A DNA stretch of 64,000 nucleotides, taken from the NCBI RefSeq assembly GCF_009914755.1, contig NC_060931.1; one strand, written 5' to 3'. The translations under genes were made by a program, and so were the position numbers. The notes under the pieces were generated by a model, which made no database searches, was not told the origin of the DNA, and saw nothing but the letters and a program-made list of their open reading frames with translations. This document shows positions 33,039-46,510 of this stretch, piece after piece. This DNA is from the human T2T-CHM13v2.0 reference genome, Homo sapiens. Positions within the stretch are counted from its first letter, which is position 1; each line of letters opens with the position of its first letter.

Positions 33039-34810
33039 ACAATGAGAGCACATGAACACAGGAAGGGGAGCATCACACTCTGGGGCTTGTTGTGGGGTGG
33101 GGGGAGGGTGGAGGGATAGCATTAGGAGATACACCTAATGCTAAATGATGAGTTAATGGGTGCAGCACACCAGCATGGCACATATATACATATGTAACAA
33201 ACCTGCACATTGTGCACATGTACCCTAAAACTTAAAGTATAATAATAATAAAATTAAAAAAAATTTTCATGTGAACAGAAGACTGAGGGTCAAAAGAATT
33301 GAGAAAATAAAATAAGTTTACTTGAAAAAAAAGTTGCAATGAAATCTGATTGCAGAAGAATTGGCTGATCAAATAAAAACATAATGTGTATTTTAAGGAA
33401 ACAATGCAAAATTATCAAGGTTACCAAGTGTACATCAGTCTAAGAATTTGTTTGATGGGTTTTTATGTTTGCTTATTTTAAAGAAAAATCAATTTGTAAG
33501 AATTTCAAAACAGCAAAAATGCTTCATGTTGTATTTATATTAAATTGACATTGATTAAATGATGCCTACTTATTCCTTAGAAGTCTATCCATGTAACATG
33601 AATACTCTTATTAATGTCTTAGAAAGTTTACCTGTATCATTAAACCCCTCAACTAAACCTCTTTGATTCTTCTTAATTTTTTTACTTTATGTTCAGACAG
33701 TTGAATTAACCATATTTTGTTATGATACAAAAACTCAGTTCCTGTTTATTGTTTTAACTTTGTGCTTTTTCTAAGTTAAATGGCTCTCACATTATATTGC
33801 CATCGTCATTAGCATTATCTAAGTTCTTCTAAACTTTATTGCTGTGACAAAAATGAGGAAGAAATACTGCTTTCTAAAATGACATTATGACTTCTTTGCT
33901 GTGAGGTCTGTGTTGTAAATCATCACCTCTATTCCCCAACTGTGAAAGGTAAAGTCCAGTCTCTATTGCTCTCTTGAGTTTTAAAACAACATAACGTATT
34001 TGGAGGAGTTAAAAGACCTTGCTAAATATTGGTCTGTGTTAGGAAGTGTCAAAACATAGACATTACATACAGAGGAAAGAAGACTTCAAGGGTTAAGTAC
34101 ATTTTCAAGGTCATGACACTACAAAATGGCAGAGTTGGGGCACACATACAGAATTTCAGAGTCCAAATTTTTAACCAATTTTACTTTTTTTATATCGCAT
34201 TAAGAGGAATTTATTTGTATTTCCATGTATTTACATGTTGTACACTATTCATCTTGTAACAGCGTCACAGTTTTTCAAGTGAAACATTTTATTATATTTA
34301 AAATTTTTGTATAAATATAGCTGGAATTAAAATAATTACATAAAACAATGTTTTTAATACTTTTAACATCTTTCTTTTAGAATAGTCTTAGATGGATCTT
34401 GCACACGTATTCCAACAATGATGTAATTGATTAAAAATAATTGAAACTATTTATTGAATAGTCATCTTTTTAATTTATCATATGCCTTTTATTATCTTAA
34501 GCATGTAAGATTTCCATTGTTTGATATTAGATTTGAATTTTTGGAAATAAGCCTAACAGTCATAGAAAACAGACTTGGTAGATAAAATATACAACCAGCC
34601 TGAATAATACATTTCTTTGTTTTTCCTCAAAATGATTTCATAATCATTAATCGGCCCATGGCTTACTCCTTTGGTACCATGGTGTGTAAAATCTATAACA
34701 TTTCTATGAAATCATCCTCCTCTTTGGGAGATTTATTATAAACAATGACAACTGAGGTAAAAAAAAAATGAAATAGATATAGTCGTCTCTTATAATTTCA
34801 ATTAGCATAA

Positions 34811-35135
<325 letters not shown>

Positions 35136-35139
35136 AGGG

Positions 35140-35690
35140 GATGTCTTATTTCTCTGCAAACTTTACAACGAAACTCTTAAAAAAGACATGTTAGTACTAT
35201 GGTTTTAATTTTTCTTGTCTCATTTTTAATAATTTACTCTGATTAGGCTTTCGTCTCCAACTTTCTACAAAAACTATTCTTGTCAATGCCGTACATATTA
35301 ATGCCTCCTCCTCACTGAGTCTCATGCTTAGTCCTCATCTTTCTTGACTCAACAGTAGTACTTGACATGGCCGAACTATTTGCATCCTTAAAACACGGTC
35401 TTCACTTGGCTTCAGACATTACTTGATCTTGATTTTCCTTTTACATTATGGATCATATTTCACTCTTTTCCCAGTGTTCTTGAACTCCAATTGTTGACAT
35501 GCCATTCTTCTCAGTGCTTGGGCCTCTTTATCTACATTCATGGATTGCATAGTGTTTTATGCATTTAAAAATCACCCATTCAGTGAGTATTCCCAAATTT
35601 ATATCTCTAATCCTGTCTTCTCCTGAAAGCCTCAGACTTGTATCCCAACTGCTTATGTGGCAATGTAGACTAATAGGCATCTGAGTGATA
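35140..35690 (+). mobile_element. L2 fragment
   Basis: TCCCAAATTTATATCTCTAATCC...CAGACTTGTATCCCAACTGC. Confidence 0.7.
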
Positions 35691-36214
35691 AAAAATTTTC
35701 AAATCTACTAAGGTAGTTTGAAATCCTCTTAAATAAGAACTAAGCATGACAGTCAAGCTCCTTGGGAAACTTTACCTGGAAAGTATGTTATATATCCATA
35801 CACCTGACAAAGGTAGTAGCAGCACTGGGATTTGCAACCTCTTAGATTACTAGGGCCTATTAAAACAATAATAATAATAATAATAATAAACTCCTCTGTA
35901 GGATAAGAGTTATAATTATTGATCTGTATGAATAAGATAATACATGGCAACAAACCTTTATTTAAATTGATTTACAATTTAAGTTTATAATGCATTAATT
36001 ACAATAAAAGCTGTATTTGTTCAAAAATATTGCTAGGCATAAAAATAGATAATATTTATTAACGTTAGCTAAGTCACCATAGGCCCTTCACATATACTGC
36101 TAACTTAAATTGAGGAAACTATTAGTAAGACTTCTGCTTTACACTCAACGAGATAATCTGCAGCCCTCCAGAACTCTGTGCTCCACATTTAGATAACTAC
36201 TCATGAAGATAATT

Positions 36215-36420
36215 CAACACTAGGAGTCAGAGAAATCTATTCTTGTTCATTTTTCGCTACTTACCAGTTATGTGACTTTGATAAAGCCACTTATCCACTG
36301 TGAGCTTTAGATTCTAAATGCGTAAACAGACATCCTGTTGCGTGGTCTGCCTTGCAAGGTTTTTATAAGATATACATAAAATTAAACTTGAAAACACCTA
36401 AATGTGAGACATTATAGTTA
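36215..36420 (+). mobile_element. MIR
   Basis: CTACTTACCAGTTATGTGACTTTGATAAAGCCACTTA. Confidence 0.65.
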
Positions 36421-36429
36421 TTTCTGTAG

Positions 36430-36807
<378 letters not shown>

Positions 36808-38040
36808 TAGTCCTTTAAGGGACCATATAATCATATAATATAGTGGGCAACCTGGTCTCTTTCTCTACAGATTCAATTTCTAATCACGAAGGAGGAGAAA
36901 GAAATTGAGTTGTGTCTTTGGGTATATTCTTGTGAAATGAAATTCAGTGGAGTAAGGAGGAAAATATGAGGCATATCAATGGCATAAATATTTGTATTTT
37001 GAATGGTGTAGTTGGCCAAAGGATTGGCACTAGCTTCAGGTGTGTCCTACTTGGCAGTGGTACAAGTCAACATGGTTGTATGTGTCAGTTTTGTTACATA
37101 TTCAAATGTACAGTATAACAGGAGTCTCAGAGGACACTGTGATTTCTAAAAATAAGTAAGGTAAAAATGGGTTTGTAGTTTTAGCTGTTTGTCCTCTTTT
37201 GTTCCAATTGCATACACATCAAATCAAATTATTCTTGTGGACTGTTTTTCTTTATATGTTCTTCTTCTGTACCCACATAGAAGAAATCATAAACTTTAAC
37301 AAGATGATAATTTACATATCAAAAACTTGATTTAAGCCATAGCAAGTACATAAAAATTCATTTTTGTTTAGTAGGTTTATGTCTAATTAGCTGACCAACA
37401 GGGGGTGTGCTAATAGTGTCAGATAACTGAAGTAAATGGTATTTAACAGCATGGGGTTCCAATAACACAGGAGAACACAGGAGCAACCTTCTAGGCTTTA
37501 TTTCATTCAAGTCCATAAAGTCCCCTGTGGTCGCAGCAGTGCATATTTAAAATCAGTTAATCATGTTACTCATGGGTGTTGGATATCTTTCAAAATGGCC
37601 TCTGGTAATGAGCTATTTGTCCTGCATTGTGACAATAAGTCTCTTCCATAATTTATAAAGCTCATGCAGATGATGGTTAGAGATTCCATAAGAAAATAAT
37701 GCAGGGATGTTCTACTTCCTGCTTAATTCCTACTTAAATACAGTTAGATACTATAAGTGCATAAATCTACATAGTCCACAATACTTTTGTGAAATATCAT
37801 TTCATTTTATTATGATGATTTTTGCTTTTGTCTTGTTCAAGTAGTTTTAAATTTTGGATGTGTTGGTGGGTATAGGAGTGACTAAAAGAGAGAAATGTCT
37901 ATTGACCCAACTGGTACTTTTCATACTTTTTTTCCATTCTGTCATTGTTTGTCTTAAGTACTCTACATTTTGTAAGCATTGATCTCATCTTTGCACACTG
38001 TAGTGATAAGGGGTATGCATATTCTTACCCATACAGCTTC

Positions 38041-38133
38041 TCCCCTGACTTAACCAAATATATCAAGCAAGAAAAACAACCCTCTTCAGCTAGAAGTCTT
38101 CATCAAGAAAACATATATGAAGTATACATACGA

Positions 38134-38167
<34 letters not shown>

Positions 38168-38250
38168 GAGTTTACAACCATACATTACAGAGTTCTGCAA
38201 ACTCAAATAGCATTCCATTTTCTGGACAATTCTATCTGTAGACATCAGAT
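38041..38250 (+). repeat. Local duplicon A (copy A' at 39883-40441)
   Basis: Shared CAAGAAAAACAA, AAGTCTTCATCAAG, AGAGTTCTGCAAACTCAAA, CCATTTTCTGG; contains (CA)n at 38136-38165. Confidence 0.85.
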
Positions 38251-39577
38251 GTACTCGCAAACCCTACATTGTTGTTTAAAGTTCTTCAATAAGAGATTCT
38301 AGGCTTTTAACCTGTGTTTATAATTCTAACAATCTTTGCATTTAGAATGCAAAGTCTTGAACTCTAACCTTTAAGATGCTGGTTTTTTACCTTTTAGAGG
38401 TCTTCTGACAGGGCCCTGCCATTGTACTTCCCCATTTCATATCCTTATTGCCCATTAATTAATAGCTTCAAGGTTTAACCGAACATAGCCTGTGGATAGG
38501 TTCTTCTTCATGTGGGGGTGTGGGAGGTGTGTACTTCCTGTTCTCAATTCCAGCTACAGGAACATCCTCTCTCAAACATTGACATGAGAACAAGACAGTG
38601 TAAGACAGTGGAATCAATAAGCTAATGAACATCAATACAAAGTAAATTCTTTCACCTCAATTTGAATGTGAAGTAAGATTAATCCTTATTAAGAAAGAAA
38701 ATGATGCAAAATGGATAAATGTGACCATTTTGTTTTATCATGTTATTCAATTCATCCTAACTGAGCAGTTAGAGATTTTCTAGAGTTTGGATGGAGAAGT
38801 GGATCATGGTTTCATGTAAAATATTGATTCACATGGTTTTCAGCTTTACTAGATCTTGGCAAACCTTTCCTCCTCCCTTCAAACACACACATGCACTTTC
38901 TTTAAACATTCTACTTTCCATTTTCCTTTAAGCTCCTAAGCATGACAACCTGGGAGCCCACTGTAAATGACTTTTCTCCAGGTCGCTGCTTATGGTTACA
39001 ACTTCTACACAGAAAACAATTTTGCCAGTATTTCCCTCATCTCATCAAGCACAGCTTCCTTTCTGCAAAAACGACAGCATCCAACGTGCAATGACTGAAG
39101 TTATTATAACATCTTGTTCAATGTAAGCACAGCTGAGTTCCTTAGAACATGGTTTGCCTAAAGGTCAGATGCTCAGGCTCAGGTTGGGAGAGAAATGATA
39201 TTGAAGGGACAAAATAGCAAACATAAGAAGCCACCTTTGCTCATTTCTGCTTCCCAGCATAATTTCCCAAAGCGCTTGGCCCTGTGACAACATACAGTGC
39301 TCCAAAAAAAAAAAAAAAAAAAAGAGGTCAAAACAAAATAAAACATACCCCACTACGTCTCTTGCATGAGTCAGTATTCCTTAAAAAATAAATGACCCTA
39401 ATCATTGCTTTTTTCTAACATAAAATAATGTCTGATAGGATTAAAAATTATGCCTCTATAATCTGTAATCATGAATCATATAATCTATCAGTATCATATA
39501 ATCTATAAGATCATATCTTATCATATAATCTATATGAGTGTAGCTTATAGATTACATCTTATAGATAAGATATACTC

Positions 39578-39775
39578 TTGTCCCTCATTACCTTAGGGGA
39601 AGCTCTCGTTCACTGGCAGATTGCCATGGCTAATTCCAGCTGCCATTCATTCAAATGTTAATACGGATATAGGATTTTATTTATTTATGGTAGAGTTGTA
39701 GGAAAACAAAATGTCTCTATTAACATTTCTCTATTTTGCTAAAATATTCTGAAATTATAGGCTCTGATAAATAAT
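39578..39775 (+). repeat. Local duplicon B (copy B' at 41558-41755)
   Basis: Gapless 198-bp alignment at offset 1980, 21 mismatches by hand count (about 89% identity). Confidence 0.95.
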
Positions 39776-39882
39776 ATGTTATATCTTATAGGTAAGATAC
39801 ACTGTTACATCCAAACTTTAATATAATTTTACAGGTACTAACCCCCCATTACCTATATGTAAACATCAGAATCAAAAATTGA

Positions 39883-40406
<524 letters not shown>

Positions 40407-41557
40407 TGGGCAGCTTGATTTATGATCCGTAGGCATCAGATATAGATATAAAGTAAAACCCTATGTCAAAAGAGTCTGAAGAAACACCTGTCTAAAAGAT
40501 TTTCCTGGACTGTAGACTTTAGTCTATAGTCCTCAAGAAAACTTCTAAATAAAACTTACTTCCATTCTTTAAAAACTTAATTTTCTTTCACTCAACGCAG
40601 ACCTGTGGAGACTAATGAAAGAAAGATCAAAGGAAGATATTCCAGCTGGATTATGAAGGTTGAGGAAAGATGGTATTAATATGTATAGAATTTCAATAAC
40701 AGCAAGCTAAAGATTGTTGATTAGAATTCATTATTCTAGAGAGTGTTAACCAGTTTGAAGAGTGGTCTTTTTCTAATTTCAAAAGAATCCAACAACTTAA
40801 AGCAGTCTAAAATGATGATTCAACTAATCACTAAATTTAAAATAAACTGAGCTTGATATGATTTTAGGTTAAGAAACAGAATCTACAAATGAGAAAGAAA
40901 GCCAGTAGTTTATCCTCCTCCTTTGCTGGGTTATGAGGCTGGAGTGGGAAGGAGGTCTTGGATTCTGTTTCTATAGGTGAAGAAAATCAGGGGCTTGATA
41001 CATCGCCTTACTAGGATGATGCCAACAATAAAGATTTCACTGTTAGTCCTAAATCTTGTCTGCAAAGCAGCTGCTGTTATCTTCTCTTTGCTGTGGTTCA
41101 TCTTAATTAGAAAGACTATTTTATGGTAGGAGGAAGTATAGTCCCATTTATTTTGATTATACTACATGAGAAATTCTAAAATCAGAGGGTTGACCCTATA
41201 ATTTAGAGAGAATAGGAATTTTCAGAAGTGAATGTGTGAGACTGGGCACAATGCCATTGTAATGAAGCATAAGGCATAGACATGCCACTTGGAAATACAT
41301 ATAATTTTTTATGTAATGAGTCTGGGAAGTTGAGGAAAACCTCTCAAGGCTTTCAAAACTTTCTCTTCTGTGTTCAAGAAATAGATATGAAGACATGAAT
41401 CAAGTTACTTTCATTCCTAAGGCTTCAGTCATCTCATCTGTGGAAATCAGGCACTTGGCTTCCACGATCTCTAAAGTCTATCTAACTCCACTATGCTGTC
41501 ATTCTAACTCTTGAAATTTTTGGTAACCACAGAACATTCTAATGAAGAAACAGCATA

Positions 41558-41755
41558 TTGTCCCTTATTACCTTAGGGGAAGCCCTTGTTCACTGACAGA
41601 TTGCCATGGCTGATTGCCGCTGCTCTTCACTCCAATGTTATTATGGATATAGGGCTTTATTTATTTATGGTAGAGTTGTAGGAAAACATAACATCTCTAT
41701 GAACATTTCACTATTTTGCTAAAATATTCTGGAATTATAGGCTCTGATAAATAAT
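41558..41755 (+). repeat. Local duplicon B' (presumed donor)
   Basis: Direct alignment with 39578-39775. Confidence 0.95.
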
Positions 41756-41849
41756 GTTAATATTAATCTTATTATAATGTAATAGCATATTTTATGAGCT
41801 TAAATTCAAAAGTATCCCAAGTGACTTTGTAAAAGGAATTCTATGTGAA

Positions 41850-41907
41850 TATATGTGTGTGTGTATGTGTGTGTGTGCGTGCGTGCGCATGCATGTGTGG
41901 GCGTGTG
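41850..41907. repeat. (TG)n/(TGCG)n alternating purine-pyrimidine tract
   Basis: Seen directly. Confidence 0.85.
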
Positions 41908-42689
41908 AAGTTTTGCAGCAGCAATAGAAGTTGTGATGATATCTCAAATAAATTCAGTGACTTTAATATTCTTCCCTTTTAATCCAGAGTAAAGTATTGT
42001 GGTCTGACTGATCTCTTTGATTTATAAATCTGAAAAAACTTCTCTTTGCTTAAGGGGTTCAAATTACCTTAGTATAAAATGCAAACTTCTTAACATAAAA
42101 TAAAGTACACCTCAGTACCAGAATTCTGTTAGCCTGTGTAAGCTTTAGGTCCACTGTTTCTCTACCTGATACAATCTGAAATCCAGCCATTCTGACCTAC
42201 TTTCGAATGCCTGAATTTTCTATTTTCTTTCCAGTGTTAAGCCTTTCCAGTGTCTCTCTCCTTTGACAGAAGTACACTTCCCTTGCCTCCTTGCCCGCAA
42301 ACTCCTTTTCATTCAGGTGTCAGCTAGACACATTTGACTTTCAGTGAGTGGGTTATAATCCTTTCATGATATCAGTTCTACATCTGAGCACAAAGATAGA
42401 CCTAAGATTTTAATTGATTAGTTAACTAATTCATATTTAATGAGCATCTACTACTACTGTGTAAAAACGTCACAAGGAAACATAAATATGAACAAGATAT
42501 AAACCCTTGTTTAAAATAGAAATGTGGAAAACACAGACTTATTAATAGTATAGAATATCACATGCGAAATCCAAGTGCTATGAAGGTTTAGAATAGAGGG
42601 AGTTACATTTTGTTGAATTTAGAAAGCAATTTATGTGGATGTTACCATATTCAAAGTTTGCAAGCTGTATTTGCCCTAAAGACCTTTAG

Positions 42690-42825
42690 CTCTGAAAGGT
42701 ACCTCTCAGGCTGCTCTTGGGTGATTTGGCCAAATATCAAGTGAGCAGGTCTTGGATCCCCAGATTCCAGTTCAGATGGAGCAGCTCCACTGTATTCTGG
42801 GGCTTAAATTTTGAAAACCACTGTG
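42690..42825. mobile_element. MER5-like MITE fragment
   Basis: CCCAGATTCC...TTTGAAAACCACTG terminus. Confidence 0.45.
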
Positions 42826-43229
42826 TTTCGACTGCAATAATGGTATATTATGACACTAATGGATATTCTCCAGGTGTTTTTCACTATCAAGAAAATTGAT
42901 GTATAACAAACGTATCCCCTTGAAGTGGCACTTATTTCCCCAGTCACTGACATGAAACAGTGATTCATCAATTCGTGGCCTTAAGTGATACTGAGGTAAC
43001 TCAAGACACTATACACTTGTCAGGTGCATTCATTTTCTTCTATTAGTATTTATCAGAAATTACATATAACATCGTGATGTTTAAGAACAGCTTAGTACCC
43101 TATGTTAATTGCAAACATGTCAATATTTTGTAGCAGGAATTCTGGGTTTTGAAAGCAAGAGAAAAGGACATTTCCCTTAAGAACGACAAATTCCTGAAAT
43201 ACCTGTGGAAGAAAAATGACATCTTAACT

Positions 43230-43472
43230 ACAGTACGACTGACCCATGAACTCCACAGGTTTGAACTGTGCAGCTCTACATACATACAGCTTATTTTTCG
43301 ACTAAATGCCATTTGGAAATACAATCTTCTCAGGATGCAAAATTTGCATATTCAGAGGGCATACTTTTTGTAAATGTGTGTTTTGTAGGGCTGACTGCTG
43401 GGCTTGAGTATGTGCAGATTTGGTCATACCTGGGGGTTCTGTAACCAGTCCCTCACGTGTACCAAGGGACTG
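43230..43472. mobile_element. TcMar-Tigger MITE (MER2/Tigger3-type)
   Basis: TA|CAG...GACCCATGAAC...GGTTTGAACTGTGC...CTTGAGTATGTGCAGATTTGGT...GTACCAAGGGACTG|TA. Confidence 0.75.
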
Positions 43473-44269
43473 TATTTTCTTCACTTGAATATGTGTCATA
43501 GTACATGATTTAAACTACTTTCAATTTCTGTCTTAATCCTGTTTTGAACTAAACTAAGTATGCTTCTCTAGGATTCAAGTGTTCACTGTATGAGGTAAAT
43601 TAACTCTTCCAGTGCTCTAGGGTAGCAATTAATGCCCCAGAGGAGGTAAATTGCTAAATGGTACCCCACAGCTTTCAGAAGACTGATTCGGTGTCGAATG
43701 GTTATGTTCCTCTCTGGTGGAGATTAGATTACTCCCAGTGGTTCTTTATAGGTCAGGATCCATTTTCAAGTGGGAAATTAGATTTCATCTGATTGGCAAG
43801 CTAAAGCTTCTGAGGTGTGTCATACAATAGTCACGATTAGCCTATTGAAGACATAAATGTCGGTTATGAAGCTCAAAAAGACAGTAAATAAATATGAAGG
43901 CATGAAACAAAATATTGGGCAGTACTGCACATTTGAAGTTTTGTAAGCAAGTGAGATTTGTATTTTATCATGAGCTGGAATTTTATATCTTTACTTAGAA
44001 GCATAGACTATTAGTGGTACTCCACAAACACCACAAATAGTATTCATTCCTCTCTTCATTTATTAAAAAATATATAAATAGATATATAGACATGCAGAAA
44101 ACTTTTACTCTCGCCTCCTCTTTATGCATGGTTTTGTGTGTATTGCTTGAATACTCTCACTGATTTTAAAACACAGTGCTTTTTCTATGGATCTTATTCT
44201 TTGGAAATTTTACTTTATTTTGAAATAAAAACTACTTTACTATATGTTATTTGCTCATAATGTACAAAT

Positions 44270-44800
44270 AGTTTTGAGTGCCTATTAAGTATGATGCACT
44301 ACACGGTAAAAACAAAGCCTGGAATCCTGACTTCTTGAGCTTTACATTCTAACGAGAAAAACGAAAACAAAGCTACACACATAAATTATTACATTGTGAA
44401 AAGTGCAAGGAGGAAAACAGGTAAGGTATGAGGTCCAAGGTAGACAGCACCTGGGGTCAGGGAGGTGGGAAGCAGCCACAGATGAAGTCGCCATTGAGCA
44501 CCTCATTCATAAGAAGACACGCTTCATCCCGAAGAGTGTGAAGGAGCAGCCTGTGAATGGCAGAGTGGGGTCAAGTGATTAAGTGCAAAATCCCTTGAGG
44601 CAAGAAATATGTTTTCATATCTGAGGAACTTCAAAAATACCCATGTGACTAGAACAAGCTAGGTGGTATGAGTTCAGATGGAGGGAAAGTTGGTGTCAGG
44701 TCATGTAAGGCCTTGTAAGCTAAAAATAAAGAAGCTGAATTCTATTCTAAGTCTAGTGGAGGAAGGGTTTTAGGTAGGGGAGTGACACAAACTGAATTAT
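44270..44800 (-). mobile_element. L2 fragment
   Basis: TTGAGTGCCTATTAAGT...GAGCTTTACATTCTA...CAGGTCATGTAAGGCCTTGTAAGC. Confidence 0.7.
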
Positions 44801-44823
44801 AGCAAAAATAGCAATGATATTAA

Positions 44824-45138
<315 letters not shown>

Positions 45139-45164
45139 CACATAACACCTATTATATACCAGAG

Positions 45165-45350
45165 AGTAGCAATGGTATTAAATATTTACATAGCACTTAT
45201 AATAGGCCAGGCATTTTTCTAAGGAATCAACATGTACTATTTTTTTCTAATAATCTTATGACATAGAACTAAAGCACAGAGAGATTAGATGACTTCTGTA
45301 AAATTGTGGAGCTAGGATGTTGCTGAACCAGGATTCAAGGCTGGGCAGTC
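45165..45350 (-). mobile_element. MIR
   Basis: ATTTACATAGCACTTA...AACTAAAGCACAGAGAGATTAGATGACTT...CCAGGATTCAA. Confidence 0.7.
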
Positions 45351-45559
45351 ACTTACCTGTGTGGTAGCTAGTGTTCTATGAATCTGTCTCTATCATCTAT
45401 CTAACTTCTGTATTTCCAATCTATTTACATCAATAATTTAACTGTTAAAGGTTGTGCATAAGCACCATAAAATGGCACTTGAGTTCATGGGAACAGATTA
45501 TATTTTTCAGAGAAATCATTGTTAGAACACCCAGGACTGAGCTCTAAGTGACTCTAACA

Positions 45560-46090
45560 GTAGAGACTGGGTAGAATGATGAAACTATCAAAAGAAATTA
45601 AAATTAGTAACCCAGTAATAAGAGGAAACTCAGGAGGAAGAGGTGGCGAGGAAGAGGTGGCTGACATAGGGGAGAGTCCTAAGACAAAATCAGAGGTCAA
45701 TGCTGCGGAGAGTTGAACCAAATGACACGAGAATATTTGCTAGATTACATTGTGGGATGTGTCCATGACCCTGAGAAGGGTTTTCATGAAGTAGGAAGTT
45801 GACAGACAGGATCAAGGGTGGATGAGAGAGAATGCTGACTTAGAACAGGGAGGCAGCTCTTTTGAATTTGGTGTTGTGATAAAAGAGAAAAACAGCTGGA
45901 GAAGAATATTGGGTCGAGGGAGAACAGGGAGCCACTGGGGATGCCGAAGAGAAAATGATAATGAAAATGTTGGCTATGTAGACCTTCTTGAAGGGACAAA
46001 GCAAGAGAGAATTCAAAGAATAAATGGAAGGTTCAGCCTTTGATGGAAGAGGGACATTCTTTGATCATCATACAAGAGAAAAAAAGTTGC
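45560..46090 (-). mobile_element. L2-like purine-rich fragment
   Basis: CCATGACCCTGAGAAGGG..., CAGCTGGAGAAGAATATTGGGTCGAGGGAG resemble antisense L2. Confidence 0.5.
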
Positions 46091-46134
46091 TTGCAGGGGT
46101 GATAAAGGATGGAAAAGGGCGAATCATGAGTAAG

Positions 46135-46510
46135 ATCTAATACCGTTTGTAAGGAACCACACTCTATGCTAAATGTTTTACATATGTTATTTCAAGTAAT
46201 TCTTTAAAAATTTTAAATCATTATTATTTTTTAAATTTTTAATTAACAGGCAGTGGATCTTAGGCTCAGAAGAATTAAGTGATTTGCCCCCAACTGCAAA
46301 TCCACTAATTACCGGAGCTGAAAAATTAAGGCAATCAGCCTCACTCCAAAGCGTGATCAGAGAGCTAAAAATTTACTTAGTTATTGACCAGTCAATTTGA
46401 AGCCCGGAGAACTAAGGCTGACTTACAGAGTATATGCAACTCACTGCTGACAGAGTTTCGTTTAGAATGCAGTTCTCTTCACTCCTACTCTAGTATTCTT
46501 TTCACTGTAC
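46135..46510 (-). mobile_element. MIR fragments
   Basis: AGGCTCAGAAGAATTAAGTGATTTGCCC. Confidence 0.65.

Noticed and set aside
33085-33118. G-quadruplex-like G runs
   Set aside because: Standard feature of the L1 3' UTR
38334-38354. 9-bp hairpin CTTTGCATT-tag-AATGCAAAG
   Set aside because: Short enough to arise by chance in AT-rich DNA
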